Shown here piece by piece: positions 13,059 to 23,027 of a DNA stretch of 64,000 bases (position 1 is its first letter; the number at the start of each line of letters is the position of its first letter). The position numbers and the translations under genes were made by a program. Under the pieces are notes generated by a model, which had not been told where the DNA came from, searched no databases, and worked only from the letters and a program-made list of their open reading frames with translations. The stretch comes from Acholeplasma sp. (lineage in GTDB: Bacteria > Bacillota_I > Bacilli_A > Acholeplasmatales > UBA5453): the NCBI GenBank assembly GCA_036677365.1, contig JAVBWN010000030.1:89422-153421 (forward strand), written 5' to 3'.

Positions 13059-13087
13059 TTGTCATATAGATTTATCTATGATATAAT
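13059..13087 (+). promoter_or_regulatory. rpsF operon promoter
   Basis: TTGTCA-17-TATAAT with TG extension. Confidence 0.8.
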
Positions 13088-13112
13088 ATCAAAGCATGGT
13101 TTTTATCGACCA

Positions 13113-13156
13113 TCCTTGCCTGTAGTTCATCTATAGGCCAATAGACCAGAAGGAGG
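13113..13156 (+). promoter_or_regulatory. S6:S18-binding ribosomal leader RNA
   Basis: TCCTT (13113-17) pairs with the RBS AAGGA (13150-54); inner stem GCCTGTAG/CTATAGGC; CCA (13146-48) in the loop just before the SD, matching the known rpsF leader architecture. Confidence 0.7.
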
Positions 13157-13164
13157 AAATTAGA

Positions 13165-13452
13165 ATGAAGAAATACGAAATTATGTACATCATTCGTCCT
13201 GACCTTGAAAGCGAACAAATCAAGAGCCTTGTTGCTAACTTAAGCAACATCTTCACAGAAAGAGGTTCCGAAGTTTTAGAGCTTAAAGAGATCGGATTGA
13301 AAGAGCTAGCGTATGAAATCGAACACATGAAAAAAGGTTATTATGTGTGGAGTCTAGTGAATGCAACCAATGAAGCAATCGCTGAATTCGATCGTGTCAT
13401 CCGTATTACAGAAACAGTTATTCGCTACATCGTTGTTAAAGACGGCGAATAA
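13165..13452 (+). CDS. rpsF: 30S ribosomal protein S6
   Basis: MKKYEIMYIIRP, LAYEI, GYY. Confidence 0.98.
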   Translation: MKKYEIMYIIRPDLESEQIKSLVANLSNIFTERGSEVLELKEIGLKELAYEIEHMKKGYYVWSLVNATNEAIAEFDRVIRITETVIRYIVVKDGE

Positions 13453-13470
13453 TAAGGGAGGCGCAATTCA

Positions 13471-13890
13471 ATGCTTAACCGAGTTGTTTTAGTTGGGCGT
13501 ATAACCAAAGACCCAGAACAAAAAAGAACACAAAGTAACACACCTGTGGTGTCATTTACATTGGCAGTCAATCGTCAATTTTCGAATGACCAAGGTGAAA
13601 AACAAGCAGATTTTATCCAATGCGTGGCATGGTCCAAACAAGCAGAATTCATGGGCAATTATGTTAGAAAAGGCGCACTTCTAGGTTTAGAAGGTCGCAT
13701 TCAAACGAGAACGTATGAAACCAACAATGGTGAAACACGTTATGTTACCGAAGTCGTTTGTGACTCAGTTCAAATTCTTGAAAGTAAACGAGATGTCGCA
13801 CCTACTCAACCAAGTTACGAACCAGAGGAAGAAGACCCATTCATCAGCAAAGGAAAGAGTCTAGCTACAGAAGAAGATTTACCATTCTAA
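13471..13890 (+). CDS. ssb: Single-stranded DNA-binding protein
   Basis: [15 protein letters not shown], acidic tail EEDLPF. Confidence 0.98.
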   Translation: MLNRVVLVGRITKDPEQKRTQSNTPVVSFTLAVNRQFSNDQGEKQADFIQCVAWSKQAEFMGNYVRKGALLGLEGRIQTRTYETNNGETRYVTEVVCDSVQILESKRDVAPTQPSYEPEEEDPFISKGKSLATEEDLPF

Positions 13891-13903
13891 TAGGAGGCTT
13901 AGT

Positions 13904-14134
13904 ATGCAACAAAAAGGCGGATTTAAAAGACGTCGTAAAGTGTGCTATTTTACACAAAATAAAGTTGATCATATCGATTTCAAAGATGTTGAACTATTAA
14001 AGCGTTTCACTTCCGACAGAGGCAAAATTTTACCTCGTCGTGTGACTGGAACATCAGCTAAATGGCAACGTCCACTTGCAACCGCGATCAAGCGTGCAAG
14101 ACATATGGCACTACTTCCATACGTTAAAGAATAA
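13904..14134 (+). CDS. rpsR: 30S ribosomal protein S18
   Basis: [21 protein letters not shown]. Confidence 0.98.
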   Translation: MQQKGGFKRRRKVCYFTQNKVDHIDFKDVELLKRFTSDRGKILPRRVTGTSAKWQRPLATAIKRARHMALLPYVKE

Positions 14135-14143
14135 TACCACTAT

Positions 14144-14171
14144 AAAGACTTTGTTATCAAAGTCTTTTTTT
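14144..14171 (+). terminator. Terminator after rpsR
   Basis: AAAGACTTTG/CAAAGTCTTT stem plus T-run. Confidence 0.75.
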
Positions 14172-14221
14172 ATTGATAAAATAGCGGTTTTTCGATATAA
14201 TTAAGTAAAGTAGGTGAGGCC

Positions 14222-16657
14222 ATGAGAAGGATTATTGCACTGCTATTATCGATTGCAGGATTGATTACAGCGGGCATCATTGCTTATCAACACGGCGCAT
14301 TCAACAATATGGATTTCGTTCTATACTATGCCATCATAATGGCGTTTTTTGGCGCGATTGTCGTATCGATTGAATTTATTTTAAACCACAACCGTAAACA
14401 AAAGATCAAATCGCTCAATGCCCGATTGACCGCGTGGTCGAGTTTGTCATACCATGTGAAGCAAATTGGCGATGAAGCCTTTAATGAACTACCCATTGGG
14501 ATTTTTCTTTATGACAACGATAATTTCACAGTCAAATGGAGTAACCCATTCGCCAATAAAATTTTCGGTTTTGACATCGAAAACGCCTTGGTTGGTCAAC
14601 TTCATGAAAGCTTAGGTAGTTTGATTAAAGACCAAGCATCGGTGACCACATTTGCTGTAGGGGATAAGCGTTATGACGCCATCAGCAGCAAGAATAACCA
14701 AGCTGTTTATTTGTTTGATGTGACTTCTCGTGAAGATATCAAAGACAAATACCTCAAACGATCCACCGCATTCGGTGTCATTTATCTCGATAACGTTGAA
14801 GAAGCATTGTCGGGATTCGATATTTATGAAAAATCCAATATCCGCGGTGAATATCTAGGGATCATCACCGACTGGATTCAAGAACACAAAGGGTATATTA
14901 AATTGTATACCGAAGACCGCATGACCATTGCTATGCACTATGAAGAACTACAAAAAGTGATGGCCAATAAATTTGAAATATTGAACCGCATTCGTGAGGT
15001 GTCAGCAAAACACCGCATCCGTATTTCAGCGTCCATCGGGATTGCCTGTTGGGAAGTTTCATTCGAAGAGTTGGGGACACTCGCTCAAAATGCCATTGAA
15101 CTCGCCGAAAAACGTGGTGGGGACCAAGCGGTTGTCAATATTCAAAATGAGAAGATCGCTTACTTCGGTGGTAAATCCAACGCTTCTGAAAAGAGTTCAA
15201 GGGTACACGTTCGTATTCAATCACAAAACTTTAGAGAACTCATCGAAGCATCCTCTAACGTCGTCATCATGGGCCATAAGTTTGCGGATATCGATGCTTT
15301 AGGTGCAATGATTGGGGTCTTTAAAATGGCTTCTGCTTCTAAAAAAGAAGTGAAGATCGTATTTGACATCCCTGAAGTGGACAACACCGTTAAAAAAATC
15401 GTGCCATACTTAAAAGAAGAATCACCACATTTATACACACAACTCGACGAGTCCAAGAATATTTTAAAATTCATGAACAATGACACCTTACTTGTCATCG
15501 TCGACACACAATCACCCAACATCGTCGCCAATCAAGAAGTATACAAACAAGCGAAGAAAATCGCATGTATTGACCACCACAGACATGGTGAAAATACGTT
15601 TGAATCGATTTTTACTTATGTAGAACCATACGCATCATCCTCCGTTGAGTTGGTCGCAGAAATGATGGAGTTTTATCAAAAAGACATCGATTTATTACCC
15701 ATTGAAGCAACCATCATGTATGGTGGAATCATCGTCGATACCAACGAATTCTCCTATCGAACCGGGACCAGAACGTTTGGTGCAGCCGCTTATTTGAAAG
15801 AACATGAAGCCTCTTCTGTACGTGTCAAAGAGTGGTTAAGACTCGATTTGGACCGCACATTATTGATCAACGAATTACTCAATAATGTTCAAGTCGTTAC
15901 CAAAGGATTTGCTGTGGTCGTAGATGAGTCAAATGTGGTTAGAGACCGTGTTTTACTTGCCCAAACATCACAAAAAATCCTTGAGATTGAAGGTGTGAAG
16001 GCAGGCTTTACGATTGCGAGGGTCGATGAGGAATCGATTGGTATTTCCGCACGCAGTTATGATGAAATAAACGTCCAAATCATCATGGAAGAATTGGGCG
16101 GTGGCGGTCACTTGAACAGTGCTGCTACACAAATTAAAAATCAAACGATTCCAGAAGTGTTTGAATCGTTGAAGACGTTGCTCTTAAGAGAACACGAAGA
16201 GGGAGATGAAAGAATGAAAGTAATATTAACAGAAGACGTTAAAGGCAGAGGTAAAAAGGACGACATCATCGATGTAGCGAATGGCTATGGTACATTCCTA
16301 CTATCTTCAAGTAAAGCAATCCTTGCTTCGGATGAAAATATCAAAGCCATCGAAAAAGAAAAACAACTCATCAAAGAACGCGAAGCTGAACACCTCGCCC
16401 TTATGAATAAGTTGAAACAAGAAATTGAATCCAAATCCGTCAACATCTTTATCAATATTGGTAATGATGGGAAATTGTTCGGTAGTGTAACCACCAAACA
16501 AATCGTCGAATCTTTTGAAGAACAAACCGGCATCCGATTGGATAAGAAGAAAGTTGAATTGACCTCCGAAATCAACTCTGTCGGTATTTATACAGCAACC
16601 GTATCGTTACACAAGGAAGTTAAAGCACAATTTGAAATCAATGTATTAGAGAAATAA
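14222..16657 (+). CDS. GdpP-type c-di-AMP phosphodiesterase (2TM-PAS-degenerate GGDEF-DHH/DHHA1) fused in frame to ribosomal protein L9
   Basis: GGDQA, GHKFADIDALG, IDHHR, GGGGH; L9 begins at M665 (MKVILTEDVKGRGKK, GKLFGSVT). Confidence 0.93.
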   Translation: MRRIIALLLSIAGLITAGIIAYQHGAFNNMDFVLYYAIIMAFFGAIVVSIEFILNHNRKQKIKSLNARLTAWSSLSYHVKQIGDEAFNELPIGIFLYDNDNFTVKWSNPFANKIFGFDIENALVGQLHESLGSLIKDQASVTTFAVGDKRYDAISSKNNQAVYLFDVTSREDIKDKYLKRSTAFGVIYLDNVEEALSGFDIYEKSNIRGEYLGIITDWIQEHKGYIKLYTEDRMTIAMHYEELQKVMANKFEILNRIREVSAKHRIRISASIGIACWEVSFEELGTLAQNAIELAEKRGGDQAVVNIQNEKIAYFGGKSNASEKSSRVHVRIQSQNFRELIEASSNVVIMGHKFADIDALGAMIGVFKMASASKKEVKIVFDIPEVDNTVKKIVPYLKEESPHLYTQLDESKNILKFMNNDTLLVIVDTQSPNIVANQEVYKQAKKIACIDHHRHGENTFESIFTYVEPYASSSVELVAEMMEFYQKDIDLLPIEATIMYGGIIVDTNEFSYRTGTRTFGAAAYLKEHEASSVRVKEWLRLDLDRTLLINELLNNVQVVTKGFAVVVDESNVVRDRVLLAQTSQKILEIEGVKAGFTIARVDEESIGISARSYDEINVQIIMEELGGGGHLNSAATQIKNQTIPEVFESLKTLLLREHEEGDERMKVILTEDVKGRGKKDDIIDVANGYGTFLLSSSKAILASDENIKAIEKEKQLIKEREAEHLALMNKLKQEIESKSVNIFINIGNDGKLFGSVTTKQIVESFEEQTGIRLDKKKVELTSEINSVGIYTATVSLHKEVKAQFEINVLEK
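16214..16657 (+). CDS. rplI: 50S ribosomal protein L9 moiety (possible internal start)
   Basis: In-frame ATG 16214 preceded by GGAG (16202-05); full-length L9 sequence. Confidence 0.8.
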   Translation: MKVILTEDVKGRGKKDDIIDVANGYGTFLLSSSKAILASDENIKAIEKEKQLIKEREAEHLALMNKLKQEIESKSVNIFINIGNDGKLFGSVTTKQIVESFEEQTGIRLDKKKVELTSEINSVGIYTATVSLHKEVKAQFEINVLEK

Positions 16658-16666
16658 GGTGAATTG

Positions 16667-18022
16667 ATGAGCCGTATCATGCCATTTAGCCTAGAAGCCG
16701 AACAATCGGTTCTAGGTTCGGTATTCTTAAGTCCATCGGTTATGGTGGGTTTATTGGATAAATTGAATGATGAAGATTTTTATGATCGAAGAAATCAAAA
16801 AATCTTTTTTGCCTTAAGAAATCTCTATAATCGTGGAGACAAACTCGACTATACGACCGTATCGACTGAACTTGCTCAAATGGGTGCGATGAAAGAAGTT
16901 GGTGTGGGTTATTTGTCCGAAATCACAGACTTGGTTCCAACCACAGCAAACTTAGATGCTTACGTCGACATCGTTAAAGACTACGCCTTAAAACGTGCAG
17001 TGATTGATGCTGCTTCACGCATCATGGAAGATGGGTTCAATGACCAAATCAAAGCCACTGAATTTATTGACGATGCAGAAAAGAAAATTTTCGAACTGGT
17101 TAGACGTCGTAAAGCCAGTGAATTTGTCAGAATCGATCAAGTCGCTCATGAAGTTAAAGAAAAAGCCGAAAGCAGACGTAATAAAGGTGCTTTAACTGGA
17201 TTATCTTCAGGATTTTCTATGTTTGACCAAATTACTTCAGGCTTACAGCCAGAAGAACTCATCATTTTAGCGGCACGTCCTTCGATGGGTAAAAGTGCTT
17301 TTGCAATGAACATCGCATTAAACGTTGCGAAACACAACGCCAACGGCGGTGCATCCGTAGCGGTATTCTCGCTAGAAATGAGTAATGAGCAACTCGTCGG
17401 CCGTATGCTCGCTTCTGAATCCAGAGTTGAAAACAGAAGAATCAAAACCGGTGAATTGACACCAAAAGAGTGGCAATTCGTCGATACAGCGGTAGAGTCT
17501 CTTGGCAGACTCAATGTCTTCTTTGATGATTCATCAGCCATTTCGGTTCAAGATATCCGTTCTAAATGCCGTAAACTTCGCCAAGAAGGCAAACTCGATT
17601 TTGTCGTCATTGACTATCTGCAATTGATCAAAGGGGATGAAGGTAAAAACGGTTCATCCAATGTCAATCGTCAAGAAGAAGTTGCGAAAATATCGCGTCA
17701 ACTTAAAACCATGGCCAGAGAGTTGAAAATTCCTGTCATGGCGCTGTCACAGCTTTCCCGTGGCGTAGAAAAACGCGATGATAAAAGACCGGTACTTGCA
17801 GACTTAAGAGAGTCCGGTTCCATTGAACAAGATGCCGATATCGTCTTATTCTTATACCGTGATGAATATTATTCCCACGGTCAAGTCGATAATGGAGAGA
17901 CAGAATTACAGTTTGCGAAAAATCGTCAGGGTTCTGTTGGGAACGTCCTACTCTATAAATTTGAGAAAGAATACTCACGTTTCTTACAAATCACACAACG
18001 TGATGATGAACCACGAAACTAA
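16667..18022 (+). CDS. dnaB: Replicative DNA helicase
   Basis: AEQSVLG, ARPSMGKS, FSLEM, DYLQL, DLRESGSIEQDAD. Confidence 0.98.
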   Translation: MSRIMPFSLEAEQSVLGSVFLSPSVMVGLLDKLNDEDFYDRRNQKIFFALRNLYNRGDKLDYTTVSTELAQMGAMKEVGVGYLSEITDLVPTTANLDAYVDIVKDYALKRAVIDAASRIMEDGFNDQIKATEFIDDAEKKIFELVRRRKASEFVRIDQVAHEVKEKAESRRNKGALTGLSSGFSMFDQITSGLQPEELIILAARPSMGKSAFAMNIALNVAKHNANGGASVAVFSLEMSNEQLVGRMLASESRVENRRIKTGELTPKEWQFVDTAVESLGRLNVFFDDSSAISVQDIRSKCRKLRQEGKLDFVVIDYLQLIKGDEGKNGSSNVNRQEEVAKISRQLKTMARELKIPVMALSQLSRGVEKRDDKRPVLADLRESGSIEQDADIVLFLYRDEYYSHGQVDNGETELQFAKNRQGSVGNVLLYKFEKEYSRFLQITQRDDEPRN

Positions 18023-18057
18023 AAAAATATCGCATGGCGCGCGCCATGCGATTTTTG
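18021..18057. terminator. Bidirectional terminator between convergent genes
   Basis: Perfect 24-bp palindrome ATCGCATGGCGCGCGCCATGCGAT (18029-52) flanked by an A-run and a T-run. Confidence 0.8.
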
Positions 18058-18555
18058 TTATCGATCGTCTTCGGTATCTACATCGACCACTTTACCAAAT
18101 CGGAACCCCGTGGTTTTAAAGCTCATATAAGCATTTTTTTGAGGGAAGAATAAGGTATTGATGATCGGTATGAGTAAGAACATAATCCACGTTGGGTGCC
18201 ATGTTTCATACAGTAAACCAACCGTAATGTAAGCAGCTGTGATCAATATCCCTACCATTTTTCTCGCATCAATCTTTCGTTCAACGATGATATTGGTGAG
18301 AGGTACTAAGAAGAATACCAACCAGCCTGGATGCCAATAACCCAACCCAAATCCAAGCCACAAGAATAACATTAAAGATACAAACGGCATGACTTCGGAT
18401 AATCTTTTCAAAACATTGCCAGTCAATAATATCCACGATAATGGGATCAAAAGGAAAAAGGTCAAACCCAATTCTAATTTTTCAAAATATAACCAAGCGG
18501 TCAAAAATAATAACAAACTGATGAGCGGCATCGCTGCCAATAAACGTCTTTTCAT
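18058..18555 (-). CDS. Membrane protein with repeated WHPxW-type hairpin units
   Basis: Repeats YWHPGWLVFFLVP and TWHPTWIMFLLIP; start at ATG 18555 after the GGGAGTG RBS. Confidence 0.75.
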   Translation of the reverse strand: MKRRLLAAMPLISLLLFLTAWLYFEKLELGLTFFLLIPLSWILLTGNVLKRLSEVMPFVSLMLFLWLGFGLGYWHPGWLVFFLVPLTNIIVERKIDARKMVGILITAAYITVGLLYETWHPTWIMFLLIPIINTLFFPQKNAYMSFKTTGFRFGKVVDVDTEDDR

Positions 18556-18617
18556 GATATCACTCCCTAAACGCATTATAACACCAAACAAACAAAATAA
18601 AAACCGCTAAACAGCGG

Positions 18618-19052
18618 TTATTTTAAAAGTTCTGACAACATCCAAATGTGTTTTTGAAGTGCCCCACGTGTTGTTGTGAGTAAATCCACAGTCACATCGT
18701 CTTCAACGGCTTCAGCCAATTGGATGCCTTCTTTTAGTTCAGCGTCGACTTGTCTAAAGTCATTGATGACAGATTTAATCATTTCATCTTTGGTTTCTAG
18801 TCCAGTAGCTTCTTTTAAGCTTGCGAGTTCAAGATTACCTTTAAGGGTTGCTACAGGTTTACCACCAATCATCAGAATTCTTTCAGCAATTTCATCATAA
18901 ATTTCAGTTACTTGATCGTACAATTCTTCAAATTTAGCATGTAATTGGAAGAAAAGAGGACCCTTAACGTACCAGTGGAAGTTGTGTAACTTCGTATAAA
19001 GTACTGCAAAATTCGCGACTTCTTTGTTCAACAATTGTTCTAGTTTATTCAT
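18618..19052 (-). CDS. dps: Dps / DNA starvation-stationary phase protection protein
   Basis: KLHNFHWYVKG, LHAKFEELY, DEIAERI, KHIWML. Confidence 0.96.
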   Translation of the reverse strand: MNKLEQLLNKEVANFAVLYTKLHNFHWYVKGPLFFQLHAKFEELYDQVTEIYDEIAERILMIGGKPVATLKGNLELASLKEATGLETKDEMIKSVINDFRQVDAELKEGIQLAEAVEDDVTVDLLTTTRGALQKHIWMLSELLK

Positions 19053-19187
19053 TGTATTTCCTCCTTAAGTATCTATTATGATTATACCATAAATGCGCAT
19101 CATAATAAAATAGTAGGCATTTTTTGGTTTTCATAGAAAAAAATACCATAATATGATATGATTATTAAGGCTTAGGAGTGAATAACC

Positions 19188-20255
19188 ATGTTTGAAAGAT
19201 TAGACCTTATCTTAAAAAGATACCAAGAAATTACACAGCTATTGATGGACCCGGAAGTGTCTGCAGATATCAAAAAAATGACTGCGCTCATGAAGGAACA
19301 AAGATCATTAGAAAAAACCGTAGAAACATACCAAAACTATTTATCTAAACAAGACCAAATCGAAGGCTTAAAGTTAATGGCTGAAGACACTGACCCAGAG
19401 ATTTCTGAAATGGCTAGTTTAGAATTGATTGAGATTGAATCAGCATTAGAACAACTCGAAGAAACATTGAAGATTTTATTATTACCAAAAGACCCGAATG
19501 ATGATAAAAACGTCATTGTTGAAATCAAAGGGGCTGCTGGTGGCGATGAAGGCAATATTTTCGCTGGGGATTTGTATCGCATGTATGCACGTTTTGCAGA
19601 AGCGAATCGTTGGAAGATTGAAATGTTGAATGCCGATGAAGGCGCTATGGGCGGCTTTACTTCCATAGAGTTCATGATTTCAGGGGATAACGTTTATTCA
19701 TCATTGAAATATGAAGCTGGTGTCCATCGCGTTCAACGCGTGCCGGAAACTGAATCTCAAGGTAGAATTCATACCTCAACAGCCACCGTTTTAGTCATGC
19801 CAGAAGCAGAAGAAGTTGAAATCGATGTGTCCTGGAACGATATTCGTGTCGATACCTATAACTCATCCGGTCCAGGTGGACAATCGGTCAACACGACCAA
19901 GTCCGCTGTACGCTTAACCCACGTCCCTACAGGTACAGTGGTGGCGTGTCAAGAAGGTAAATCTCAGCACGAAAACAAAGACAAAGCATTTAGATTACTC
20001 AAGACCAGAATTTATGATGCCATACTTCAAGAACAACACGATAAAGAATCGTTACAACGTCGTTCTTTGGTAGGGCGTGGTGACCGTTCGGAAAAAATCA
20101 GAACCTATAACTACCCACAAAACCGTGTGACAGACCACCGTATCAACCTGACATTGCAGCGTTTAGATGCCATCATGGAAGGTAGACTGGAATTGGTGTT
20201 AGAACCACTTCACAATGAATTTCAACGCAGACAATTGGCAGGGGATGTCGAATGA
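19188..20255 (+). CDS. prfA: Peptide chain release factor 1
   Basis: GGQ motif, PET recognition loop, RTYNYPQNR. Confidence 0.98.
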   Translation: MFERLDLILKRYQEITQLLMDPEVSADIKKMTALMKEQRSLEKTVETYQNYLSKQDQIEGLKLMAEDTDPEISEMASLELIEIESALEQLEETLKILLLPKDPNDDKNVIVEIKGAAGGDEGNIFAGDLYRMYARFAEANRWKIEMLNADEGAMGGFTSIEFMISGDNVYSSLKYEAGVHRVQRVPETESQGRIHTSTATVLVMPEAEEVEIDVSWNDIRVDTYNSSGPGGQSVNTTKSAVRLTHVPTGTVVACQEGKSQHENKDKAFRLLKTRIYDAILQEQHDKESLQRRSLVGRGDRSEKIRTYNYPQNRVTDHRINLTLQRLDAIMEGRLELVLEPLHNEFQRRQLAGDVE

Positions 20256-21103
20256 CCTACAAAAGTTTGTTAAAGAAAGCCGAAAAGAAAATTGAGACGA
20301 CAGAATTAGAAACCGAAGCAGCAAAATGGTTGTTGATGCATGTTTCTAATTTGACCCCGTCACAATTTTATTTGGCATTTGACCAAGAAGTTGACGCAAA
20401 AATTGAAGCCCTCTTTTTAGAAGGCATCGAACGTTATATGGCATATACCCCAATCCAACACATCATTGGGTATCAAACCTTTTATGGGTATGATTTCATC
20501 GTCAATGAGGATGTCTTGATTCCAAGAAAAGAAACCGAAGAGTTGGTCGAACAAGTCTTGTATTATTATGATGATCACTATCAAGGCAAAAAGATCGATG
20601 TTTGTGATATTGGCACAGGTTCCGGATGCATTGCCATCACATTGGCAAAAGAAGAAAAGAATCTAAATGTCGTGGCAGCCGATATATCTGAAAAAGCGTT
20701 GGCTGTTGCTCAAAAAAATAACGAAAAATTGAAAGCCAATGTGCGCTTTTATGCAGGTGATTTGTTATCGCCACTTAAAGGTATGAAGTTTGACATCATT
20801 GTTTCCAACCCACCCTACATTCCCAATCAAGAAGATGTCGCGAACATTGTGAAAACCCATGAACCAAACATCGCCCTATTTGGTGGCGATACTGGGATGA
20901 TTTTCTATGAACGGATCTTGAAGGATTCAAAAAACTACCTTAAAGACAAAGGCTTAATTGCTTTTGAACACGCCTATGATAAACGCGAGGCGATGTATGC
21001 GTTGGCTAAATTTTATTATCCTAAAGCCAACATCATCCAACTCAAAGATTTATCTGGGAAAGACCGAATGACACTCATTGAGGTGAATGCTCATGATGCC
21101 TGA
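20252..21103 (+). CDS. prmC: Release factor glutamine methyltransferase
   Basis: LIPRKETE, DIGTGSG, SNPPY; ATGA overlap with prfA. Confidence 0.96.
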   Translation: MTYKSLLKKAEKKIETTELETEAAKWLLMHVSNLTPSQFYLAFDQEVDAKIEALFLEGIERYMAYTPIQHIIGYQTFYGYDFIVNEDVLIPRKETEELVEQVLYYYDDHYQGKKIDVCDIGTGSGCIAITLAKEEKNLNVVAADISEKALAVAQKNNEKLKANVRFYAGDLLSPLKGMKFDIIVSNPPYIPNQEDVANIVKTHEPNIALFGGDTGMIFYERILKDSKNYLKDKGLIAFEHAYDKREAMYALAKFYYPKANIIQLKDLSGKDRMTLIEVNAHDA

Positions 21104-21698
21104 TGATTATACCTTTGAAGATGGGTTTATGCCCGATGGTTCAATTGTCATCTTCCCAACCGATACAACTTTTGGTATCGCTTGTCGACTATATGACAAT
21201 GAAGCGTTAAATCGCATTACAAAGCTAAAAAACAATGACAAGTTTAATTATGCCGTATTGTGTGATACGTTGGTATCCATCAATGATTTAGCCGTGATTG
21301 ATCAACGCGCAAAACAACTGATGATGGCTTTTTGGCCAGGTGCGCTCACCATCATTCTACAAAGTACAAAACCACACTTTGAAAAAACAGGAGAAGCCAA
21401 AATTGCTGTTCGAATACCAAACCACAGTGGGGCTTTGAGTTTGATCAAAAAGAATGGCCCATTGGTTACGACATCACTCTCAAGTGAAGACCAAGACTTA
21501 CTGATGGATTTGAATAAAATCAAAATGGGTTACGCTGACAAGGTGGATTATATTTATGAAGAGTATAATAACTTCTACCTCAACATGGGTTCTACCACCA
21601 TTGACTTATCGGAACCAGAGATTAAATTCATTCGTATTGGTTCAATCAAAGAATCCGATATTTTATCCGTCATAGACCAGACCAATTACCATATTTAG
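21093..21698 (+). CDS. Sua5/YrdC (TsaC)-family protein with degenerate motifs
   Basis: FPTDT, FWPGALT, AVRIP present; KxR and SxN motifs altered; position after prmC. Confidence 0.8.
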   Translation: MMPDDYTFEDGFMPDGSIVIFPTDTTFGIACRLYDNEALNRITKLKNNDKFNYAVLCDTLVSINDLAVIDQRAKQLMMAFWPGALTIILQSTKPHFEKTGEAKIAVRIPNHSGALSLIKKNGPLVTTSLSSEDQDLLMDLNKIKMGYADKVDYIYEEYNNFYLNMGSTTIDLSEPEIKFIRIGSIKESDILSVIDQTNYHI

Positions 21699-21771
21699 TG
21701 AGGAAATTTAGACTTCCTCACTTTTTCTTTTTACTATGCTATAATATGAGTAAACTTGCATCGGGGGAACT

Positions 21772-23007
21772 ATGAAAAAATTAGATCGAACACCGTTTAA
21801 TATGGACAAAAAACCCGTCAAAGAAAGACGTGTTTTAATGCCTCTGGCTTGGGCTTTGTCATTTCCATCCACTTGGAAAAGAAAACTAAAAGTCAACAAG
21901 GTAGATATGGAAGGATTAAAACCACCCTATCTGCTTTTGTGTACGCACCACGCATTCATCGATTTTAAAGTAACCACCGTCGCAACCTTCCCGAGAAGAT
22001 TGAATTGGGTTGTGGCCATCGATGGTTTCTTGTTTGGAGAATACTTACTCAGAAGTGTAGGTGCCATCTGTAAACGAAAATTCATCAATGATTTAAAGTT
22101 GGTAAAACACATTAAATATGTCTTTGAAGAACTCAATGGCATTGTGGCTTTATACCCTGAAGCACGGTATTCTTTGATTGGGACGACGTCGATTTTACCG
22201 GATTCTTTAGGCAAGTTATGTAAGATGCTTAATGTACCGGTCGTTGTATTAAACATGCACGGGAACTATTTGACCCAACCACAATGGAATCTAGACATGC
22301 GTCATGTACCACTGGCTGCAGATATGACACAAATCATTTATCAAGATGAACTCAAAGATTTATCGGTAGATGTCATCAATGAACGCATCCGTAAAGCCTT
22401 TGAATACGATGAGTACCAATGGCAAAAAGACAACAAAATAAAAATTGATTTCAAGGACCGTATGAAAAATATACACAAGGTCTTGTATCAATGCCCTAGT
22501 TGTTTAACGGAGCACCAAATGAATAGCGCTGAGAATCGCATCTGGTGTGAAGCTTGTGGTAAAACCTATGAACAAGACTTATATGGTGTCTTAAAAGCCA
22601 CCACAGGGGAAACAGAGTTCTCACACATCCCGGATTGGTATGAATTTGAACGCGAACAAGTCAAAAAGCAAATCCTTGAAGGCACTTACCGTATCGAAGA
22701 TGAAGTTAGAATTGAGTCTTTACCGAATGCGAAAGGTTTCCATGTGCTAGGCGATGGTAAAATGGTTCACGATACACATGGATTCTGGATCACTGGGGAT
22801 TTTGATCCGAATTTTGATTTGATCCGAGAACCGCTTTCTTTATATGGATTACACATCGAATATAACTATAAAAACCGTGGAGATGCCATAGATATCTCAA
22901 CCACCGATGACTCTTATTGGATTTTCCCAAAAACCAAAAAAGACATCGTCACCAAACTCCATTTTGGGGTCGAAGAACTCTATAAATTGGCAAAGAAAAA
23001 GGGCTAA
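21772..23007 (+). CDS. Lysophospholipid acyltransferase (PlsC-like) with C-terminal Cys4 region
   Basis: HHAFID (HX4D), YPEA; CPSC...CEAC. Confidence 0.85.
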   Translation: MKKLDRTPFNMDKKPVKERRVLMPLAWALSFPSTWKRKLKVNKVDMEGLKPPYLLLCTHHAFIDFKVTTVATFPRRLNWVVAIDGFLFGEYLLRSVGAICKRKFINDLKLVKHIKYVFEELNGIVALYPEARYSLIGTTSILPDSLGKLCKMLNVPVVVLNMHGNYLTQPQWNLDMRHVPLAADMTQIIYQDELKDLSVDVINERIRKAFEYDEYQWQKDNKIKIDFKDRMKNIHKVLYQCPSCLTEHQMNSAENRIWCEACGKTYEQDLYGVLKATTGETEFSHIPDWYEFEREQVKKQILEGTYRIEDEVRIESLPNAKGFHVLGDGKMVHDTHGFWITGDFDPNFDLIREPLSLYGLHIEYNYKNRGDAIDISTTDDSYWIFPKTKKDIVTKLHFGVEELYKLAKKKG

Positions 23008-23027
23008 ACGATAGCCCTTTATTTTTT
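22996..23027. terminator. Bidirectional terminator
   Basis: AAAGGGCTA/TAGCCCTTT stem between convergent genes. Confidence 0.7.
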
